A model generated the notes under the pieces. That model ran no database searches and was not told the DNA's origin. It worked only from the letters and a program-made list of their open reading frames with translations. 55,444 bases of DNA from Octopus bimaculoides. Taxonomy: Eukaryota. The first letter of the stretch is position 1. The number at the start of each line of letters is the position of its first letter. The stretch is from contig NC_068989.1 of assembly GCF_001194135.2 (NCBI RefSeq), positions 51,194,764 to 51,250,207 of the forward strand. Reading direction: 5' to 3'. The translations under genes were made by a program, and so were the position numbers. Of this stretch, positions 47,670 to 55,444 are shown piece by piece.

Positions 47670-48420
47670 ATCATGATGCAACACAACAATGAAAGAATTA
47701 ACGGCGAAAATGGAGCTATAGCCGATCATGATGAAGGTTTCCGACCCGGCACGTCCAAAACCGCCGCATCGGACGGTCGTTATGTCACAAGAGATCACCT
47801 ACACATTAAGCGCAAAAACAGACACGAGCGGACGAAGGAAGAGTACGATATATTAATGAATATCATGAAAGTCCAAAGCTGGAAAGAATTCACGGATTAG
47901 GCTGACGTACCTTGAAAGTTTGGATGGAAAAGGACATGTGTCCCCTGTCAGAAAATAAACTAATGAACCAAGTAAGAGTGATTAGGAGAAAGAGTTATTT
48001 AACTGGAGTAGAAATATCTCGGATTAGTGAGAGTCTGAGGGACCCTGTGGATGGGCTATAAAGGATGGCCGGATTTGAAAACATGAAGGTAGGAGTTGAG
48101 AAGAGTAGACAGGAGGAACAGGGAAATGGGGATGGAACTGTTAAGGGTGAGGAACCGAAATGTTATAGAGTGAACTCTGATACTGTGGTGGTGGACACGC
48201 AGAGGAAATGAGCCAACTAGACGATGAATTGCTAGAGATTCGAAGACGATCTGATGATTGCTCCAGAAGAAAAAATATCCATGAATATGAGAAGAGTAGA
48301 TAGGAGTATAGTAAATAAAGTAATACAAAAGATAAATACTGTCATACCATACATTTAGACAAACAGAAATACAATAGCAACTCGGTTGTCCAAGTGAAAT
48401 CTCCTGGATAAAGAGATTTA
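47670..48420 (+). mobile_element. R4/Dong-clade LINE, N-terminal fragment
   Basis: KNRHERTKEEYDILM...VWMEKDMCPLSENKLMNQVRVIRRKSYLTGVEISRI and MRRVDRSIVNKVIQKINTVIPYI resemble the R4/Dong N-terminus (W.EK...EQRLADQVRVI.RK.WL). Confidence 0.65.
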
Positions 48421-48787
48421 AATACTTCACTACGATTTTCTCAATTTAAATATTTCTCTGATTATTCAAATATGCAAGTATATGCCTTTTTATGACGAAA
48501 AATATTCTTAGACACCTAAGGCTATCTAACTGAAAAATCGTAGGCAGAGAATTCAAAATCTACGACTCCTTGTGAATATATAATTTTCTGTAGTTATTCG
48601 AACATAACCAAGACAGTTTTAAAGTACCTTAGGCTGCATCTATAGCTCGAAGTTCAGAACAATCTGCAGAACTGACATCACCCTCAGTAGATGAGTAGTT
48701 GAAATATTTACGAGTTGCACAACTACGAAAAAAAAATATAGAAAAGACGGTGATAAACTCGACCACAAAAAGAAACAATGTAAAACC

Positions 48788-48855
48788 GCATATAATACTG
48801 TAAAAAACTCACATATAATACTGTAAAAAAAACATATATAATACTGTAAAAAAAA
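48788..48855. repeat. Three tandem copies of a ~23-bp unit catataatactgtaaaaaa
   Basis: Direct inspection. Confidence 0.9.
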
Positions 48856-49599
48856 TGATGTTTATATTTATGTATCTCTCTATCGGTAATGACAAATATA
48901 AATACTAATTGAACTAGAGCAAATTAATCAATTCTCAAAATCTAGCACCACTTCCATAACTGAAAGTAGTGGTAAAAAGTTCCTTCACCTACTAACACAC
49001 ACCCACACTCTCTTTTGCTTTACTGACCAGCCGCACCGACACTAGCTATACCAGAGAGAAAACAACAAAATCAATAGCATGTTTTAAATTTCATCATTTT
49101 CTCCTGTTCTGCACGCTCTTCTCATTTCTTATTAACTTCTCTTCTATCAATTTCTAGATTAATGACTCTCATATGTGCCTTACCTGTTTATATGACTTTC
49201 ATCTTGTTTTCCTTTCTTCTTCCAATTCCGCTTCTCTCCTAATTTATGTCTGCGTTAAGCACAATGGATAGGAATTGTAGCTATTAATATTTAATAGCTA
49301 TATTTAAGTGTAAATATCTTGGTACCACAAAAACCACAATTCATAGTGTATACATATATCTACTTAAATAATATAATACAAAAATCAAAAGCATAAAATA
49401 CTATTAAGTAACAAGTAATAATAAATACAGCAATAACAAAATTACACAAATGAAGAGTAGGAAATGGTTCTTTGCAACCTAGGGATCTTATGTTTTACAG
49501 TCTCTATGAAAGTACCCCGTTGGTGATGGTGACAATTGAAAGTATATAAGAAATATATACAAAACAAATGGATACCGGATCAATCAAAAACGGAATAAA

Positions 49600-52500
49600 G
49601 AATTAGATCCTTCAGATTCAAACCATTCCGGGATCGAAAATTCGCTGAAGCTTTGATCCCTACACAAAATAAAGGCATGGAGGCTACCGTTTACAGGATA
49701 ACTTATACCAATGACAAATCATGCACAAGGGCTTCATCTGCTACGGCTAAAAAAAAAGAACTTGGGAAGAACCCAAAGACGTTCATGAGGAATAGTATGC
49801 TATAATGATTCCTGAGTTGATCGAATACCGAAGAAATATTGTTAACCAGTAGGCGAAAAGCTCACTAGCATCCCAGGCATACATGTGAAAACATCAGCAA
49901 ATGTTCGTCAGAACACCATAAAGAATATACTGTTTACTGACCTGGATATCCAACAGATTAAATTATACTTTCAAGGCAATAGTCATGCATATAAAACTGC
50001 AAAAATGATATGATACCTCCCTCTACCTCGGAAATAGAAACTGGTGTGACAAATACACAAACATAGGTGCCCCACGAAACTACTCCAGACACTGTTGTAA
50101 TAGTGGGTGACAACAGTAGAAGTGGAAGCACAGACACAGAGCTCGGCAGTTTAAAAGCAACAATTCTATCAGAGTGGTTGAAAATCAAAGAAACCGAACT
50201 GAGAGATGACAATGATATTCCCAAGATATGCAACTTCAAAAAAAAAAAAAAAAAAAAAAAAAATAATAGTTTGACAGGCACGGGAAATGGAGTTATACAA
50301 TACATCATGGAGGAAAATGTAGTGGATCTCACCTCACTGAGCAATATAATTTGTGTTGCAGCTTCAATAGTCATTTCACTGTGTGGTATTCAATTAAAGA
50401 GCAAGACTCAAATTATAAACAGTGAACCAGTGTGGCAAGACAATTTAAAAAATAAAATAAGTGTATTCAGATGAGCTATTGAAATGCTCAACAACATCAA
50501 CAAAAAAATTATACACAGAAACAAAAATTAACATACCATAAGGTATGAAGCTGAAAAAAAAATATGACATAAAATGATATGCGCACCATCGATGAAAAAA
50601 TAGAAAATATCAATAAAATTATACAAGAAAAATCATTTTGGAGAAGCAGGCTCAAGAAAAGTTCAATTAAATTTTTTTTTTTTTTTTTTACAGGAAAATC
50701 TGCCAAAGCTGTGATAACCAAAACCACACCTACTGAGGGAAAGTAAAAGATAGTGGAAATTGAACAGGTCGGATCCTGATCAAACAAATCCTAGATAAAC
50801 ACCCTGATGTATCTAGGATAATGTTTTCCATAAATATGGGACTGAAAATATTAAAGTGCGAATTTGGAAAGAAAAGAGTCCAAGATCTCGAGATTGCACT
50901 CGATAAATCTACCAAACGGAGATCTCTTAGCAAAGAAGAAATTTGGAACGACACAGACTGAATTATAAGACAGTCAATACAATAACTCCAGAGGCATCGA
51001 TAGAATCAGCGGCATATTTCAAGGCAAACATAATCACTGTTATTCTATTTTCTGGATCCCATTCACCTCAGTGAGTTGTTGAATGACATAAAAAATGAGT
51101 AAAGAGTATTCGGCAGACAAATAAATCACTTCCCTTACATAGATAACCTCAACTTTTTCACGGAATAAATGAATAACTAGAACGATTTCTAGTTGTATAT
51201 GTCAGCGACGATACTGGAATGCGGGTTCGGAGTTAGTAAACGGGCTATCACGACTTAGATCCAGAAAAACTATTAATATTTAGGTGTGTATTAAAGAGGT
51301 GGCATCTAGCACTCAAACTTGTGTGAAAAATACGAAAAGAATGTTATTATAGGAGTTATGCTAGAGAACATACCTAATGCAGTAAACAGGGGTGATGCAA
51401 ACACCACCTTAATTAAACCTGTTGTGATCAACGTTTTATGTTCAACATCATAAAGTGTTTTATCAGTGAGTTCAGCAATAACTAATACACAAATAAGCAA
51501 GTTTTCTCACAGCACATCACGAAGGCAGATTCAGAGAGACTGTCTGTCCTATGGAAGGGTGGAGGGCGTTGAAGCATCTGCAACTGTCACTAAAGACAGA
51601 AACCACAGGATGAGACGCCCATGTAAAGGACACAAATGACTGGATGCTTTAAATTGTTTCGGAGTGTGAATATATTAAAAACAAAAGAAAAAGTACCGAA
51701 AGTCGCATGAATCGTAAGGCAGAGAGCTGTCAGAATCGTTAACCTGCTGGACAAAATGCCGCTAAGCATTTTGTCCGTCTTTAGATTCTGAGTTCAAATT
51801 TCGTCGAGGTAGATTTCGTCTTTTACCTATTCAGTGTCAATAAAATAAGTACCACTTCAGCACTATGGTCGATGTCATTGACTTACTCTTTGCCCCCAAA
51901 CTGCTGATCGTGTCGCAAAATTTGAAACGAATTTCGGAAAAAACAAAGAAATATCTAAATAAATTAAAGCTGAACAAGACCTGACGCGCAACTAGATGAT
52001 GTACAAAAATCCACAGATAAATGGACAACACAAATGAAATAGAATCCCAGAGCAGTGAAATAGATGGGAAAGGCGTTGCATAGAAAATACCCTATGAGGG
52101 CTAGCGATCCTGATGTTGATGTTGGTATGACCAATCAATGTTTGATTGCCACCGAAATTAGATCGGAAACAAAGTGCTTTCTTATTTCTTTCCGATGTAT
52201 AAAAGAACATTGTCTGTGCGTCAGAAGCTACCAAGCAAGTGTTCATAAAATTGGTTATGATCCATACCTGTCGCTTCTGCAACACAGGCAGGAAAACAAT
52301 TGATGTCTCATCGCTGGATGCTCTGTGCCTGCCTTAAAGAAATATATTTATCGCTATGATAAAAGCGACCAGTATTTGAACTGACTCATATACAATGTCT
52401 CTGGGCTCTCATATGAGAGGAACTGGTGGGAACATAATCCTACTAAAGAAGTAGAAAGTAAAGTTGTGTACGTTTTTTAGATCTTTAGCATCAAGCATTG

Positions 52501-52760
52501 AAGACAGAGGAGGTACTGCGTGATATCATATAGATAGTACTAAAAATTTCAACAATCAGATGTCTTAGATTGATATATAAGTTATCGGTTCTGAAAGGGT
52601 AAATCTAACATCGAGGAAGAGATTCTTGTAACAAATGATTCCATACGCTGCTGTGTGACAATCAAGTTATACTACTGTGCAACAACCTAAAGACCGTCAA
52701 TTTCGCCATCTTTACTTATTAATGTTACTGAGCGTATTAATTCCATTCAATAAAAATGTT
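49600..52760 (+). mobile_element. Decayed near full-length R4/Dong-clade (REL endonuclease) LINE
   Basis: In order: N-terminus SANVRQNTIKNILFTDLDIQQIK; EPVWQDNLKNKI; RT GIFQG...INHFPYIDNL (YMDD box)...VSDDTGM; KIRKECYYR; KALHRKYPMRA...YQASVHKIGYDP; TIDCLIAGC...NWWEHNP (zinc knuckle and pre-REL region). Many stops and frameshifts. Confidence 0.85.
51716..51932 (+). mobile_element. SINE family 2 inserted within the R4/Dong element
   Basis: gagagctgtcagaatcgttaac...ttctgagttcaaatt...taaaataagtacc...gtcgatgtcattgact...cgcaaaatttgaaac. Confidence 0.85.
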
Positions 52761-53180
52761 TTGATGTAAATATCAGTCATCAACTAAAGAGCAATAAATT
52801 GTTATTCAAAACAGTTTTCAAACCATTGTTATTTGGGACATAACATTTTTTTCTATCTTCTGTTTTTGCTATGTAAGTGCACAGGCAATGGCATCAATAA
52901 AACGATTGTTAACTTAAATAGAGCTGACATGCTCTTCTGCACCGCAGCCCAGTATCATTCAAAATGTATCTTTGATTACGAGAATAAATACTTAATATAT
53001 AGACTTTAGAATAATTATAATGCTACTGACTTCTTGATGACGAAATTTAGTGCGTCATACAAAAAGATCAGCTGCAATATATAATACGTAGTTTTAATAG
53101 ATCCCCTGTGATATCATGAATCCTAATTACACATTATATATGCATGTGTGTATATATATGCATATATACATATATGTAAA

Positions 53181-53218
<38 letters not shown>

Positions 53219-54175
53219 NNNNNNNNNNNNNNNNNNNNNNNNNNNNNNNNNNNNNNNNNNNNNNNNNNNNNNNNNNNNNNNNNNNNNNNNNNNNNNNNNN
53301 NNNNNNNNNNNNNNNNNNNNNNNNNNNNNNNNNNNNNNNNNNNNNNNNNNNNNNNNNNNNNNNNNNNNNNNNNNNNNNNNNNNNNNNNNNNNNNNNNNNN
53401 NNNNNNNNNNNNNNNNNNNNNNNNNNNNNNNNNNNNNNNNNNNNNNNNNNNNNNNNNNNNNNNNNNNNNNNNNNNNNNNNNNNNNNNNNNNNNNNNNNNN
53501 NNNNNNNNNNNNNNNNNNNNNNNNNNNNNNNNNNNNNNNNNNNNNNNNNNNNNNNNNNNNNNNNNNNNNNNNNNNNNNNNNNNNNNNNNNNNNNNNNNNN
53601 NNNNNNNNNNNNNNNNNNNNNNNNNNNNNNNNNNNNNNNNNNNNNNNNNNNNNNNNNNNNNNNNNNNNNNNNNNNNNNNNNNNNNNNNNNNNNNNNNNNN
53701 NNNNNNNNNNNNNNNNNNNNNNNNNNNNNNNNNNNNNNNNNNNNNNNNNNNNNNNNNNNNNNNNNNNNNNNNNNNNNNNNNNNNNNNNNNNNNNNNNNNN
53801 NNNNNNNNNNNNNNNNNNNNNNNNNNNNNNNNNNNNNNNNNNNNNNNNNNNNNNNNNNNNNNNNNNNNNNNNNNNNNNNNNNNNNNNNNNNNNNNNNNNN
53901 NNNNNNNNNNNNNNNNNNNNNNNNNNNNNNNNNNNNNNNNNNNNNNNNNNNNNNNNNNNNNNNNNNNNNNNNNNNNNNNNNNNNNNNNNNNNNNNNNNNN
54001 NNNNNNNNNNNNNNNNNNNNNNNNNNNNNNNNNNNNNNNNNNNNNNNNNNNNNNNNNNNNNNNNNNNNNNNNNNNNNNNNNNNNNNNNNNNNNNNNNNNN
54101 NNNNNNNNNAAGCAATGCTAAGGGGACAAACACAGACACACAAACACACATATATATATATATATATAGGCATAT

Positions 54176-54336
54176 ATACGACGGGCTTCTTTCAGTTTCC
54201 GTCTACCAAATCCACTCACAAGGCTTTGGTCGGCCCGAGGCTATAGTAGAAGACACTTGCCCAAGATGCCACCCAGTGGGACTGAACTGAGAACCATGTG
54301 GTTGGTAAGCAAGCTACTTACCACACAGCCACTCCT
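54176..54336 (-). mobile_element. tRNA-derived SINE family 1 (best-preserved copy)
   Basis: Minus head ggagtggctgtgtggtaagtagcttgcttaccaaccacatggttctcagttcagtcccactg (A/B boxes); tail ends in cccgtcgtatat(at)n. Confidence 0.93.
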
Positions 54337-54338
54337 AC

Positions 54339-54369
<31 letters not shown>

Positions 54370-54799
54370 CACTAAAATACACACTACACACACATCAATA
54401 TATATATGAGCGCGCGCGTGTGTATGTATGCGAAATGGACGTTAATAGTATCGAATGTTTCCATACGCAACAGGAAGAGAACATTAACCTACTCTTTGCA
54501 GTCGTTACTAATTACACAGAGACGAAATACAGAGTATCAATAAATGGTAAAAGAATACAACTGACAATAGAAATTCAACGGGGCGTCATTAATTGACAAA
54601 GATACTCCACACGCAATCTGACAGGTCCTAATTATTTGTAGAGCGTGAATTATGTATTTTACATTAGCTGTATATAACAATGATTCATATCAATTTTATT
54701 TGAAGTACATATATCTGGAACGTACGCCCACGAAATATACTGTCTCATTTTTTCTAGAATAAGATTTGAGTATAATAAACCAGTTCAGTAAATGACTAG

Positions 54800-55100
54800 C
54801 GTCACTTTGGGTGTGGACTGGTGTTGGTAATTATATTTCTTGACTTTGTTGATGAGGGAGATTTTTTTTAATATATTCATTATAGATTGAGGTTTTGTCT
54901 CTTAATCTGGTTATATCTGTTATTTCGAGCATTATGTATTTCAGTATTCTTTTTTATTCGTTCATATTATAATTGTGTGTCTAAATGTCTTGGTGAATAT
55001 TAGGTATTTGAAAGAATTCTTTTCTAGGAGATTTTAATGTGAAACTAGTTAAGAAGATATGCATCGAGTAGAGCATTCTACTCCGTTGTCTACGAAAAAG
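54800..55100 (-). mobile_element. Possible PLE ORF N-terminal fragment
   Basis: Minus HIFLTSFTLKSP...YSPRHLDTQL*YERIKKNTEIH loosely resembles PLE N-termini. Confidence 0.35.
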
Positions 55101-55246
55101 TAAGTGTTCACTAGTATGTTCCAGTCACTAGTATGTTACATCCACTGCAACAACAACACCAACAAGTACAATAACAAAATCAACAACAATAACAAAAATA
55201 ATCAATTTCAACTTCTTATTTATTTATTCATTTATTCTAACATTAG

Positions 55247-55345
55247 GAGTGAGATTACAGGGAGTGAATTTGACAGGCAGTCACATTACCGGGAATAAAA
55301 TTACCAGAGCCAAAATACCAGGAGTAAAATTACCTGGAGTAATTA
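55247..55345 (+). repeat. Degenerate 15-bp periodic repeat (ggagtaaaattacca-like, about 6 units)
   Basis: ggagtgagattacag / ggagtgaatttgaca / ggcagtcacattacc / gggaataaaattacc / agagccaaaatacca / ggagtaaaattacct. Confidence 0.8.
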
Positions 55346-55444
55346 CAAGATTCATTGCAAAAAATTGTAATACATGTCCAACTATACTCCATCTTGTTGA
55401 CTTCAATTTTCACGTCTATCTATTCTCACACGACAAATGCCCAC

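Noticed and set aside
47325-47900. His-rich and Met-rich ORFs
   Set aside because: Translation of the (GAT)n/(GGT)n tract; only the last ~70 codons belong to the LINE fragment.
3770-54290. Long ORFs containing X runs (e.g. 25066-26046, 39397-40179, 45507-46538, 53116-54290)
   Set aside because: They span N gaps and (TA)n/(CA)n flanks and are open only because unknown bases contain no stops.

Overview
AT-rich, repeat-dense animal genomic DNA with 13 N-gaps, almost all flanked by (TA)n, (CA)n or (CT)n microsatellites. The SINE, Penelope and mariner repertoire matches what I recognise from octopus genomes; this is inference, not a database result. No intact, nameable host gene is visible, and most long track ORFs are microsatellite or gap artefacts. 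Transposon remnants dominate: (a) two Penelope-like elements (PLEs) with GIY-YIG remnants, one bounded by direct repeats carrying decayed hammerhead-ribozyme motifs; (b) a near full-length decayed R4/Dong-type LINE plus a second N-terminal fragment; (c) a CR1/L2-like LINE remnant; (d) a Gypsy LTR-PBS-gag 5' end; (e) two mariner 5' halves fused in opposite orientation; (f) Tc1-like and Helitron fragments; (g) four MITE-like foldbacks; (h) many tRNA-derived SINEs of three families. Several splice-bounded segments hint at a host gene with long introns, including a 171-nt open minus-strand exon, a 20-nt plus-strand microexon and a pentapeptide-like exon, but none could be assigned. I found no demonstrably new system. 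The best leads are the ribozyme-like motifs (PLE termini and a ~360-bp tandem unit), the mariner chimera and the candidate exons. Repeat boundaries are approximate to within about 10-30 bp.
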